In this document: positions 50,267-62,387 of the stretch, one piece after another
Layout of the letters: every line of letters begins with the position of its first letter
Numbering within the stretch: the first letter of the stretch is position 1
Assembly: GCA_032718475.1 (NCBI GenBank)
Contig: JAUCBJ010008134.1
Span: forward strand, 1-62,387
Direction of reading: 5' to 3'
Length of the DNA: 62,387 nucleotides
Origin: Nemertoderma westbladi
Taxonomy: Eukaryota; Animalia; Xenacoelomorpha
Made by a program: the position numbers and the translations under genes
Notes under the pieces: model-generated
The model's database searches: none
The model's input: only the letters and a program-made list of their open reading frames with translations
Told to the model about the DNA's origin: nothing

Positions 50267-50823
50267 TACAGACTACTCAAACAAAATACAGACCAAACGC
50301 TGGCAGACTACTATCAAGCCCAAACAAACTACAGTATATGCAGACTCCGAAATGGTTAGTTAGTATGCGTTCTAACCGAGTAGTACGACTTATTCTTTCA
50401 GGGGGATTTACCTTACAGCACTGGATGCCACCCACTTTCCTAACTTGTACTTTATCGGACATACACTCTACACACACCGCAATCTCTTCAGACCTAACAA
50501 CAGCCAGGCAACAATCCAGCCTACAAATTATCTAAATAAGAAATATTACACTACCCGTACAGACTACACAAACAAAATACAGACCAAACGCTGGCAGACT
50601 ACTATCAAGCCTAAACAAACTACAGTATATGCAGACTCCAAAATGGTTAGTTAGTATGCGTTCTAACCGAGTAGTATGACTTATTCTTTCGGGGGGATTT
50701 ACCTCACAGCACTGGAAGCCCCTACGTTCCTAACTAGTACTTTATCGGACATACACTCTACACACACTGCAATCTCTTCAGACTTAACAACAGTCAGACA
50801 ACAGTCCAGCCTACAAATTATCT
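50267..50823. repeat. Tandem duplication (period about 291 bp) in the 5' leader of element C
   Basis: ACAGACTAC.CAAACAAAATACAGACCAAACGCTGG...CCTACAAATTATCT occurs twice. Confidence 0.9.
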
Positions 50824-51102
50824 GTACAATCTGAGCAGGCTTACATGTCTTCTGCTCAATATTAACCTACAAATAAATAAAACTGACAGAAATAAGTAAA
50901 CCATACAAAGGAATAAGGGGTGATCAATCCCTAATCCCCTAACAGCCTACAATATACAATATATCACAATCGAAATAATACTGGTACCTGTACTGCAGTA
51001 AGTACCGGTTCGGGTGGTTAGGTAGTCAGGCCTACTGGTTACCGGTTGACCAGTACTTCAGCTTTATTGCCTACGTTGCAATACAGAAGCAATAACTGTT
51101 AT

Positions 51103-51656
51103 TGTTCGCGCTTTTAGACCTTTAGCAGTTTAACCTGCCAAATTTAGGTGTCTTTTAAGTTATAAATCGACTTTAGCCTATGACGAGTATTTGATACACT
51201 ACATTAGCCGAAGCCAGCCTATGCGCGACCATTCACCCGCTGGATATACCTGGGAGACTGGATTCGGAAGCTCTGACCTTATTGCGGTGTAGGCCTACTG
51301 TATTATTCGATTGATCGTTAATATATAATCTCTGACCAATATTATTCACTTTCGGGAAATATTAACAGTTCCTTTAGGACGTGGCGCTCTAAGTATGTAA
51401 ACAGAGTTATGACTTACACTAGACACAACAGGATGGCTATTGATTCACGTATAAAGTGAATTCTTTAGGAGATGCTTTGTTATCTATCACACTCATGCAC
51501 ACTACCGCACAATACTGCACACCGATCTGCCGACCTTCACTAATTTTAGTCACATATAAAGAGAACAGCAACCGACACATGTAGTGCCTATGAAATAGCA
51601 TTAGATTCACTCCAAAACCACTTTAATGTAAGTCGCAATTGTTATATGTAACCGGT
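51103..51656 (-). repeat. 5' LTR of element C, truncated on its outer side
   Basis: About 4 mismatches versus 37816-38369 by eye. Confidence 0.85.
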
Positions 51657-54621
51657 AATGAATGTTAGGCTAACTAGGGCTACTGACTGAACTATTTATT
51701 CCATATTATACTATATATTATAGTCTCTGCTCTATCCTAGCTGTAACCTATAACAACGCAGTATGCTGTAATGGTATAGATCATAGATTTACAGAACAGG
51801 TCAGCAGGTTACATGGTAGGCCTACCTACAGGGCCAGCGCTACCTGTATGTCTTATTATGACAAACTATTCTATTACAACACAAGCATATCCGTTCTACC
51901 AATTTAAAGTTATTTTTATGTTAATGATAAAAAAACTGTAAATTGGCAAAGAAATATGACGTTATATACTAACGTTATTATTTCGTTTTTAATAACATTA
52001 AAATAACAAAGCCAGGATGGTTACATATATCATTACTTTTATGTTATTCCTTATCATTATTATTGTATTTTTATTGACATTAAAATAACAACGGCATAAT
52101 GTTTATTTAGATCGTTACTTTTATGTTATTTCTTAACATAAAAATATTGTTTGCTAAAAACGTAACATTATACGTGCATTTAAGCCCTTCTCTCATGTTT
52201 TATGGTTGGTTCGCTTGCTCAAACTAATAATCCCCCTCCATTGCCTTTCTTTATATCGTTCTTTATAATTGCCAAAACCTTTATTGAATAATTAATTAAT
52301 AATTTCCCTACGCATGTTGATTTGGTAGTGGCAGGCTACAATCTCTAACACAGTTTGATTGAATACAATTTTGTCGTAGGCAATTGTATGCAAATTAATA
52401 ACAATTAAAACGTATAACATGAATTGAATTTTTTGTATAATGACCAGTCAGGAACAATAATAATGAAATAAACAGCAAAATCAAAGTGAAATATCACAGA
52501 ATAAGTAAACAACAAATATATGGCTGTATGGCCCATTACGTAAATGGTTTTGATATTTCGGTTAAAGTTAATCACAGACTTAAAAAGAATATGTTTAAGA
52601 CGTAATAATAAGTGGCAACAACGTAATGAATTGCGTCAATTAAAATACTTTGAGTTAATATTATCCACTAGATTTATAGATCTGCTTTGTAGTCTATATA
52701 AAATAATGTACATACTGTATAGTGGGTTTAATAAATAACAAGCTGGCAAGCCTGGAGGGTTCACGGTCCTCCTACTTAATCAGTACAATAATAATACGTT
52801 TTCGTTCGGGTAGGCCTATGTTTCATTATCACTTGTTCCCATCGTACTGTCGTAGGCGACCTCATGCTCATCCCACCACGACCACGACCACCAGTTACGA
52901 GTTGGGTAGGCGTCTACCGGCAACCGGTAAGTAATTACGCGCCACACGACATCATCCCACCATCCGCCAACATTTATACTGGTACGGTAAGCCTACCACC
53001 TACCGGCTGGCTACCATCGCACCGTAGGTCTACCGCCTACCGGTCAACCGGTAACGGTAGGCTACCGCGTACTGGTACAGCGGTACTCAAAGTCGTACCG
53101 GTATTGTCGTAATTGACAAATGCAGGATTAAACCGTAACCCGTTCCGGTTGCCGGTACCGGTACCATATGCATCTGAACGACTGGACGGTTAATCTCATA
53201 GCATAGCTGCATAGGCCTCCTGGTAGTCAGTGCGAAGTCGCCTGCGAACATGGCGAAATATTATATTTACTGCTAGGACTAGGCTAGGACCTACTGCTGT
53301 ACTGACCTATGACAGTATGAAGATAGGCAGATAGGCCTACAGTGGTCAGGTAGTACCGGTCCGGTATGCCTACTACAGGCAGACAATCAGACAGTACTAG
53401 CAGTGCTAATTAATTACCTTAATTAAATCTTCAATTAGGTCATAATGTAGGTCCAAATTTAAAAATCGGCCTCCGTTAATCGATTTAGAAATAATTCAGG
53501 TACCTCCATGCCAAATATCAGAATCATTCATTGCGTTCCCTATGACAAGATAGCTTTTTCCTAAACCATGCGAAAACACGCAAATATAGCGCTCACATCG
53601 CACAAATACCATCTCGACACCCAATTTTTTGTATGAGCCTTCGCCATCCCTATATCTAACTTTTGTCCAACTTTTGTTTCGATTGATTAATAAATAACTG
53701 AGATATCGCTCTGGACACACACACACACTAACACACACACACACACACACATTACGGTAATAATGGTCACTTATGTCAAGGACCGTGAACCAATACCTCA
53801 CAACAATGTTAAATTATTAAAACGAGCAGGTTACAGTTGGCTACAGAGGCTCATTATTATATCCTACGGGTAAATAAAAAAAAACAGGTTACAGATTTAT
53901 TTCTGGGAGAGTAATCATTAGGCCCTACTTATTTGAATCGATATCTCCCTGAAGAGGGATGATTTTGATTGCATCGCAAATCCTCCCTGAACAAATCATA
54001 TTTAAAAAATTAAATGTTAATTATAATTATAGCTGAGTGAGCGTCATTTATTAAACTGTAAAAATAAATCAATAGGCCTAGGCCCTACAAAAGTACAATC
54101 TAAAAACTGAAACAATAAATATAGTTTGTACAGTAATAACAGTTCAATGTGAAGTTTTCAAATCGAAATCGAATCGAAAGTTTTGTAGTAATGCTGTCCC
54201 TGTGCCCTGCCCCTTCAACTGAAAAATGGGACCTCCCAATAATAAGAATTCCAATCTTTAGTCCTCGGCTGTTGAAATCCACCATCAGTAAAGACAAATA
54301 AGTCAATCCTCCACCTGTCAGTGCTGGTTTAAGGGGACTTCCTGGTCCTGGCAGACTTGAATTCTGTAATTGGTAGGTCTAATGCAGTAATGCAGTAATG
54401 TGTGAATCCAGAGGGTAAAGGCGAACTCGCATTCAGGTAGATATGTTTTATTTATGAGTTCAGGTTAAATAAATCACAAAACCAAAACTATAAAACCAAA
54501 AATGTAAGCTACTGTACAGTGCAGTAGGCCTGCAGTAACTACACTACAGTAATATAGAGATAGGCCTTGCAGTACAGCAGTATAACAATACATATACACA
54601 ATAAACATTGAATACAGGCAT

Positions 54622-55193
54622 TGTGACGGGATCCGAGAATCCCAACCGGTGTGGTTTGTTTATTTACGCGTCCCCGCCGCCAGTGAAAGAGTTCGTTATA
54701 TCGTTCCAACGTTGTTAATGAATATAAAATATAGTATCGAATAAGATAAGTTGACAGATAGCACAGTTGATGGTAAAATATAAGTTGACCGGTAAAATAT
54801 TGATGGTGGTGGCGGCAACGATGGTAATAAAGGTTACCGTCCTGCCCTAACTGAACTGACTAAGTTGACTAAATGAAATGACAAGTATCAAAGGGTAATA
54901 TACTGCACTGGTTTGGCCGTATTACTCAGCGGATGCCTGCCCCCCATTGGCTAATAACCTAATTCTCGCCCTCCCATCTCTCTGGGAGTGTCTTCCCCCT
55001 CCACTGTCACTTTCCCTCTCCCGGGGGTGTAACCTCTGACCCCTATTGTGTGTGGCCCTTTGGGGTTCATCGTCCCCGTTTATTGGGGGTGATACGAGGT
55101 TGGTTGGTAATCAACCTCGTACTCCCCAATATTGCTTAAAGGCCCTGCTTATCCAACTTTGTGGGGTGGTTAGCGGAATTGAATTCGCTAACA
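54622..55193 (-). repeat. 3' LTR of copy B (572 bp)
   Basis: TGTTAGCG...GGATCCCGTCACA preceded by PPT AGAGGGGGGGAG (55194-55205); homologous to 3641-4181. Confidence 0.85.
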
Positions 55194-56295
55194 CTCCCCC
55201 CCTCTGATATGGCGTATACACCTCCCCGTCTACTAGATGTCGGCAGTTATAATATACCGACTTGCCCTTCAGCCCCGGGTGGTCTACCAGACCCTCGAAA
55301 GCCGTCTTGAAGGCTCTTCTGTAGTTCAGGGGTGATCCCGATAACAGGAATGCCGTTGGTTCTCTCTCGATAACCACGGTCATGAATAGGTTTAGCAAAC
55401 CCATCATTATCCAGTCCTCCTGCAGGATATATCGCTTCTGATATACCTTTATCGCTCCTCTCCGGAATTGATACACCTCTTGTTTCCCTGGCCTCGCTCC
55501 CCACTTCAGCGAGTTTGCTAACTCCGCTCCGTACTCCCCTCTGAATTTACCCCAGTCCATTGGTTTGTGACACACAAGCCCCATTAGCTGGCCCATCGCC
55601 ACTGCTCCACAATGGCCTGCGTTCTCCACTAGTCCCAACCCGTCTGGTGCTGTCATAGCCATGTAGACCGTCTGCATGTCCAGGAGGTTGGGGGTGTCTG
55701 GACCGATGATTCTCTCCGCATCGTCGCGGATCGCTGATCCCACCTTTGTCGTCGACTTCTCTCTTACTAGGGTTTGCACCGCCTTTGGCAACCGGTTCAA
55801 CTTCGGCCCGTTCTTCTTCCCATACGTTCCCAGGTCGAATAGGAAAATGTCCCCATTTGGCGCGGCCAAATGTAGTAGTATGGTTCTGGCCGACCCCGCC
55901 GATCCTCTTCTCGAACCTTCCTCGTCTTCCACGGTCCCCTCATCGTCTAGGGCCATGTATCCTCCCCTGTTGACGGACTCTACGAACCTCTTCCAATCCT
56001 TTCTCAGTGACTCCTTCACGTACTTCGGAATCCCGAACTTCGCCTCTTCTCCCTTCACCACGTAGTGGAAATGCTCGAAGATCGCGTTGTCCAGCGACGG
56101 CGTCCCATAGGTCCCGACCAGCTGCTGTTCGTGCACTTCCCTGAAATGGTCCTGTAGCGCTCGCTCTTTGTGACCTCTCTCTAACCACTCGTAGTATCCC
56201 CTCGTCTTTTCTTCCGGATGCCTCTCGGTGAAATCCACCAGTATCTCCTTTCCTCCTAACTCCGCCTTTCTCTTTCTGACCAGTTTCTCCGCCAT
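55111..56295 (-). CDS. Accessory DEDDy-type 3'-5' exonuclease (EXD1/WRN/RNase D-like), 394 aa from the shared ATG
   Basis: ExoI YMALDDEG; LLHLA..IFLFDL; LP..V..LV..KVG..IRDDA (ExoII); LLDMQ; ExoIII-like QKRYILQED; N-terminal RKRK; ATG conserved in copy A. Confidence 0.78.
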   Translation of the reverse strand: MAEKLVRKRKAELGGKEILVDFTERHPEEKTRGYYEWLERGHKERALQDHFREVHEQQLVGTYGTPSLDNAIFEHFHYVVKGEEAKFGIPKYVKESLRKDWKRFVESVNRGGYMALDDEGTVEDEEGSRRGSAGSARTILLHLAAPNGDIFLFDLGTYGKKNGPKLNRLPKAVQTLVREKSTTKVGSAIRDDAERIIGPDTPNLLDMQTVYMAMTAPDGLGLVENAGHCGAVAMGQLMGLVCHKPMDWGKFRGEYGAELANSLKWGARPGKQEVYQFRRGAIKVYQKRYILQEDWIMMGLLNLFMTVVIEREPTAFLLSGSPLNYRRAFKTAFEGLVDHPGLKGKSVYYNCRHLVDGEVYTPYQRGGVLANSIPLTTPQSWISRAFKQYWGVRG

Positions 56296-56799
56296 TTCGA
56301 ACTCTCTCACTCGCTCACCTGTAAGGTGGTGCCTTGCCAAGGCGCAGTACAGATGAATGATAAGGTTAGGATGGTTTATACAGTCCGGTAATGGCCTACT
56401 TCTCACAGAATTCTAAGTTATCGCCTAATTTTCCTACCTAATTTTCTAAAACTGTCAAATTGTACTAAATTTCGTAATTCTGTCCGTTACTTTAATTATG
56501 TTCCAGAATATTTCTCCTACTGTTACCATAATTTGTCTAATTTCTAATTTTATCTTTATTTTAATTTAATTAATCCTACTACTGTGCCATCAGTATTCGC
56601 CAATGGATTATTCTATTCTATAATCCGCATTCTGGCCTACTCTGTGGGATTGTGCAGTACAACAGTATGCGTCGCGTGACCTACACGATTTATCCAGCTG
56701 TACCCACGTGCCCCCTCTCGCTACTCACTACTACCTCTACTAACTTCCTAATTAATCTCTACTAACTCTCACTATATTTTATATCATACCTACCTTCCT

Positions 56800-57385
56800 A
56801 CCACTAACTCTTGCTACTAACGGTACTATACGTACCCTCTTACTAACTTCTAACTAACTCCTACTAACCGGTACTACGTACCCCCTTACTAACCTCTAAC
56901 TTCACTAACTCTTACTAACCAGTACTACGTACCCTCTTACTAACTTCTAACTCCACTAACTCTTACTAACTGGTACTATGTACCCTCTTACTAACTTCTA
57001 ACTCTACTAACTCTTACTAACCGGTACTACGTACCCTCTTACTAACTTCTAACTCTACTAACTCTTACTAACTGGTACTACGTACCCTCTTACTAACTTC
57101 TAACTCTACTAACTCTTACTAACCGGTACTACGTACCCTCTTACTAACTTCTAACTCCACTAACTCTTACTAACCGGTACTATGTACCCTCTTACTACCT
57201 TCTAACTCTCTCAACTAACGGTACTACGTACCCTCTTACTACTAACTAATTATCTAACTAACGGTACTACGTACCCTCTTACTGCTAACTAACTATCTAA
57301 CTAACGGTACTACATACCCTCTTACTACTAACTCTTACTAACTTCTATCTGCCTACTTGCTCACTACGTACCTACTACGTACTAT
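56800..57385 (-). repeat. Tandem hairpin array of copy B (about 11-12 units, about 44-51 bp)
   Basis: Sense unit GAGTTAGAAGTTAGTAAGAG-GGTACGTAGTACC-GGTTAGTAA...; same core as 600-1410. Confidence 0.95.
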
Positions 57386-57496
57386 TACTTTCCTTTTCTT
57401 TATTTATTATTTTTTTATATTTATGTGTGGGAAGGGCGTCTCGCCCTCAATCCCACCCCCCTCAGTCCAACATTTGGACGACTAAACTCAACTCAA

Positions 57497-58932
57497 CTAA
57501 GGTGCGCCCTCTAGCAGGCAGCATTTTCCTACAGCCCTCCTGTAGGTCTTTCTATCTTTCGCTCCTATCTTACCACCTATCCGCACTTCTACTGATCGGA
57601 CTCTTCTGTCCTCATCGGAGTAAGTGCCCACAACTCTCGCCAATCGCCATTGGTTGTTGATGATAGTGTCATCCGTGACGATCACCAGATCACCCTCCTT
57701 TAACTCCCTATTTGTATTCCTCCACTTGCTTCTCCTATGAAGCGTGGGTAGATATTCCTCAACCCACCTCCTCCAGTACTCCGCGCTTATCGCCTTGGCG
57801 ACTTTCCAACTCTGTCGGGAGTGTATATCGTCTGGGTCTACACCCCGCATGTCGATGGTCGCCGGCCTCTCCATTAGAAAGTGACTGGGTGTCAGCACAT
57901 CTAATGACTCTGGGTCATCATTTTCTGGATATAGTGGTCTGCTATTAATGATATCCTCACACTTTGCTAGTACCGTCCTCAGTACGTCTTCTGTTACCAT
58001 GTGGGTGTTCATCAACTTCGTCATCAGACGCTTGGAACTACCCATGAGTCTCTCGACGCATCCTAGAGTATGCGGAGCATCCGGCGTCCTCCTCTCCCAC
58101 TTCACTTGTCGTCTTCTCATGGCTGCCCTGACTTCCTCCCCTTCCATGATTCCAAGGCGTCTGCCAGCTCGTTCTCTGCCCCCACAAAGTTGGTTCTGTT
58201 GTCGGAGTATATTACTGCGATCGTCCCACCTTTGCGGTCTCTGAACCTTTCTAGGGCATTGATGAATGCCGATGCTGTTACATCTTGGGCGAGTTCTATC
58301 CCTACCGCCCGTGTGTTGTTACATATGAAGATAATGCCGTAGCGCTTCTCCGTGTGCCGCATCACCTTAATCTTTATCGGCCCGAACATATCCACACCGC
58401 AGTGCGTGAATGGCGGGTCGTGCTGTCTCACCCTACTGGCCGGTAGTGGCGCCATCTCCTCTATGGCTCGCTCCTTCTTCATTCGTCGGCAGGTCTGGCA
58501 CTGCCCCACTACTGCCTTTACCTTCTTTCTTAACTGTTTGACCCAAAAGGTCCTTTGTATCTCTGTGAGGGTTCGGTTGGTGCCCCCGTACAATATCGAT
58601 TTATGGGAGTCCCAGATGATCTGGTGGACTATCGGCGATCCATTAGGGATGATGATGGGCTTTGGTGGAATGATGATACTGTTGTTGTTCAACACCCTAG
58701 AGTTCATTACTAAGATTCCATCATCATTGAGTTGTGGTGACAGCGTGATCAGCTCACTGTCCCGTCGGAGATACTGTTGTTTACCGACGCGTTCCACCTC
58801 ATCGCCGTAGTTCTTTCTCTGTTCGTAGCGGATGACGGCCTTGGCCGCTCCCTCCAGAACGATGTGTGGTTTATTTTTTATGTCTTTACCGACTCCCTTG
58901 AGGAAATCCCCGAAGGCTCTCCAGTACGCCAC
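57497..58932 (-). pseudogene. BEL integrase, frameshifted near 58130
   Basis: Zinc region ..CQTC, PFTHCGVDMFGP, IYSDNRTNFVGA, VERL and DUF5641-type tail. Confidence 0.92.
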
Positions 58933-59156
58933 TAACTTCTTGGTCTTGTACCAACTTGAGCTGTAGCTAAGGAGTTATCGCACAGTTCTTCCGGTTTTGG
59001 TTGCACGTCCCTTATCTCCCTCACCATCTGGCTATATATCTCTTCACCTTCTGAATCTCCTCCCTCTTCCTCTAATGCTACTTCTCCTGAGCCCGGGTCC
59101 ACCTTTCTCATCGGCGGCCAGGCTGTCTTATCATTCAGAAATTGTGGCCCATTTTG

Positions 59157-60759
59157 CTACAATACTTCCTTCTTCAAGAAAGTGTGGCGTGCTATGCCCC
59201 TCGATAACAAGTCCGCTGGGTTCTCGTCCATTGGGCAGTAGTGCCACCTTTCCAATTCCGTCGTCGCTCTTATTTCGTCCACCCTATTTGCGACGAATAT
59301 AGGGTATCTCGTCCTTTCGTTAGGTAGCCAACCAAGCACTACCATGGAGTCCGTCCAGTAGTGTGTTTCCACTATGTTGGGAATAGCGTCCATTAAGTAG
59401 GTTGTGGCCCTAACTCCTAACCTCGCAGCTGTCAACTCGAGTTTTGGAACCGATGCTGAATCTGGCGGCGTTGACTTCGCTTTGCTGAATGCGAGTCTGG
59501 GCTTGTGAGCCCCCTCTCGTTGTACTAAGTAGAGTGCTGCTCCGTATGCCTCTAATGACGCATCGGAGAACATAGATCCAGATTCGTCATGTCCCCATCC
59601 GGGAAATACACGCGTGGCATGCTGTATGTTCCCATCTGTTCTAAACTCTCTGTCCACTTGCACCACTGCTTCCTGATCTCTTCTGGTACTTCTGTGTCCC
59701 ATTCTTCCTTTAATTTGTATACTTTCCTAAGTATCTGTTTCCCCATGACTAGTAGTGGGGATGCTAGGCCTAGGGGGTCGTATATCCTTGCTATGTACGA
59801 CACATAGCCCCTCTTTGTGTGGATGTCTGTGCCCTCCTGGCTCAACTGGTACTTCAACTCGTCCGTCTCTCTGTTCCACACGATCCCTAGTGCCTTCTGT
59901 TGGGACTCTACCCTTTTGTTCGCCATGTCCTGTTCCTTGGCTGTCGTGGGATTATCCATGGTCGACTCTGGCCTCCTGTCCTCTATGGCTTTCATGAACT
60001 TTGTTGGAACTTGGTTAGGTTAAACCCGGATCCTTTTAGGATGTCGCGAACTTCGCGCCCCGTATCCAGTAGTTCCTTAACCGTATTTCCAGACTCCATC
60101 CCGTCGTCTACATAGAAGCCGCGTTGAATCATATCGACGGCTTTGGCGCTATATTTATCTTCCTTTCCTTCTACCGTGTCCCTCATGGCCACAGTCGTCG
60201 TGAAAGAGGACGACTTGGCCCCCATATTCTGAACTACCATCTTATACATTGGTATTGTCGATGGTTCCTCGTCACCATTGTACCATAGGAAGCGCTGACT
60301 GTCGCTATCCTCTTCCATTACACGGACTTGGTTGAACATGCCTTCGATGTCGCAGGTGAAGGCGTGTTTTCCATTCCTGAATCTGAGTAGGACCTCGATC
60401 CCTGAGTTATCGATATTGGGACCCTCCAACAGATAATCGTTTAGGCATTTGCCGTCGGTCTTGGCCGACGCGTCAACTACCATCCGCAGTTTACCTTTCT
60501 TTGGATCTAGAGCCACATGGAGTGGCAGGTAATAGGTCCTGTCCGTGCTTGGTTCGTCGACCGGTAACTCTATGGCCCATCCTTTCTCGACATACTTCTT
60601 AATCGTCTTATGAATGTACTCATTCTTTTCGGGGCTCCGTTTTAGTGTTTGCTTCAACTTACGAAGCCTCGTGAGTACCATTCCTTTATTGTCGGATAGC
60701 GGTAGCTTCGGTAGTTTCCATACCATCCCTATGGTATACCGCCCCTCATTGCATGTCAT
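59157..60759 (-). pseudogene. BEL reverse transcriptase and RNase H, frameshifted
   Basis: YYLPLH..KLRMVVDAS..CLND..CDIEGMFNQV..QRFLW..FYVDD; IYDPLGL; FSDAS..AYGA; PKLEL; WTDS; NPADLLSRG. Confidence 0.93.
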
Positions 60760-62310
60760 CGATTCCTTTACGCTTTGTAAAGCCTTTGTAAAGCTGCGTC
60801 GCCGCGTACAGCAGTGATTGTCTGAGCTTTGGCAATGCGTTCGCCGTGTTATGTTCTGGTTTCGGCCTGTGGTATTCGGTCTTTGGTCCCTTTCCCAGGC
60901 TATCCTCGCTATAGACTGGGTCCGTTATTAGTTCGGCTTCATAGTTTAAGAAGCTCGACATTTCTTCTAAACCCGGTTCCGCACCCTTCTTGTCTCGAGT
61001 TGAGAAAGCAATCTTCCTCCACTTGTTGCGCAACCAATCGGCAGTGCCTGCGCTATCATGGTGATGTTATTAGACGCGTTGAGTTTGTATTGTGTGTCCA
61101 GTGTCTTTAGTACGACTAGCGCCTTCTCAACTTTGTTCGCGAATGTCTTTATGCTAACGGGGTTATCCTGTAGGCCACCCGATGTTATACCTCTCAGGGT
61201 CTGCCGGATGATCTTGGCCGGGTGCCCGTACTCCCTGTCTAGTGCCCGCCATGCTGTCGTGAAGCCGCCCTCGATGCCCTGGTATTGCCTCACGATGTCG
61301 TATGCTGGGCCTCCTGTGTACACTTGCAGATACTTTAGGCACTCCGCTTGTGTCAAATTCTTCGTTAGTATTTCATTGCTATACATTCGCCGAAACTGCA
61401 GGTATTCTTCCGGCCTGCTTCCATCGAATTTAAACGGTTCCACGGGTGGTAACTCGATCCTGGTTTTTAATGCATCGATCAATGTGGCCATCCCCATCGC
61501 TTGTGCTTCCAATGGGTTTGATGGATGCTGTATAGATTCTCCTGTTGGGTGTGGCCCGTTCGTCCTATTCGCTGCCTTTCTTTGGCTTGGATATATCATC
61601 GGGGATAGCGGCCCCCTCCATATTTCGGTGTCGCACGATCTATTCTCGTCCAAGGGGTTCGATGTTCTTATTCCTATTGGGGTATATTGTTGATATTGTG
61701 ATGGGGGAATGTCACCCTGCCCCCCCCCCCCCCCCCCCACCGGTATGTTTGATACTGGGGTTGATACTCGGCGCGTAGTATGCCTCGTCAGGTCGCGTCT
61801 CCCCGGGACGACGGCAATCTCCCGGAGTTCGACCCCACCGACTCTCCGTCTCCATCTCTACTACCGACGGCTCGCTATCCGTCCTCGCTCTCCTGTCGTT
61901 CGCGACAACACTTCCTCTACTCTCCCTCCTTTTTCTCTCTGCAGTGCAGTATCCCCGCTCGTGAGATCTCTCGTCGACCTCCTGGTTAAACTCCACTTTT
62001 CTTCTTCCCTCTTCTGATTGGGCTCGACGTCTCGTCGCTCGCCCTCTCGCAACGTCAACCTGTCTCCCTCTGCTCGATCGCAAGTCGCTGGGGATACTCG
62101 TAACCCCCCTACTATTCTCCATCGCCGGGTGCTGCGGTTCACCTAATTCGCCCCGTGCATTATCCGCCGACGCTTGTGGGACACTCTTTGCCCCCCCCCC
62201 CCCCCCCCCCTTTCGCCGCTAATCTCTCGTTGTGGGGCTCCTGTAGCCCCCCCCCCCTACACCCCTCTCCAATCGACACACTAACCCCACTGCGGCTGGG
62301 TCCATTATAA
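60746..62310 (-). pseudogene. BEL Gag remnant (DUF1759-like); zinc knuckles and protease deleted
   Basis: LPPVEPFKFDG..Y..F..CLKYL..L..EYG; joins RT near 60790 with no knuckle or DSG motif; 5' boundary uncertain. Confidence 0.8.
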
Positions 62311-62387
62311 CATGGGATCAAACTAGAAATATGTAAACTTATGTACAATGTTTTTTATGTAGATAAAAATAAATATTTATCTAGTGC

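Larger units (their letters stand above)
37816..51656 (-). mobile_element. BEL/Pao element C: internally deleted, gag-protease retained, RT and most of RNase H/integrase lost
   Basis: 554-bp near-identical direct repeats at both ends enclosing a BEL gag-pro reading frame. Confidence 0.85.
54622..62387 (-). mobile_element. BEL/Pao LTR retrotransposon copy B (5' LTR not seen in the window)
   Basis: gag, RT, RNase H, integrase, array, exonuclease ORF, PPT and LTR in order. Confidence 0.92.

Noticed and set aside
56296-56406. 37-aa N-terminal extension of the exonuclease ORF
   Set aside because: Starts at GTG and is broken by a stop and indel in copy A; the shared ATG at 56295 is preferred
61058-61693. 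211-aa plus-strand ORF and similar ORFs opposite pol
   Set aside because: Antisense to recognisable gag/pol coding sequence, with no independent motifs
1-62387. Copies A and B as the inverted ends of one giant element
   Set aside because: They are diverged, carry different deletions and each ends in its own PPT and LTR, so they are independent insertions

Overview
AT-rich animal (probably invertebrate) genomic DNA made almost entirely of nested transposable elements, with no prokaryotic features. Each end of the window holds a diverged copy of one BEL/Pao LTR-retrotransposon family (copy A on +, 1-4181; copy B on -, 54622 to the window end). Both copies carry the same unusual cassette between pol and the 3' LTR: a conserved hairpin block, a tandem array of GGTAC-GTA-GTACC stem-loops with TTAG/TTAGAG spacers, a structured leader with a candidate splice acceptor, and an extra ORF with DEDDy (EXD1/WRN/RNase D-like) 3'-5' exonuclease motifs. 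This cassette is the main candidate for an undescribed system. Other content: a second, internally deleted BEL element (37816-51656) with orphan downstream ORFs, Copia remnants with a tRNA-SINE, three RTE-like LINE copies (one inserted antisense into another), many TIR/MITE elements with readable TSDs, a transposon-like ORF resembling the ARL14EP N-terminus, an inverted pair of C2H2 zinc-finger genes (one intact, one pseudogene) and EEF2KMT/FAM86 fragments. All family calls come from motif recognition by eye; no database search was run.
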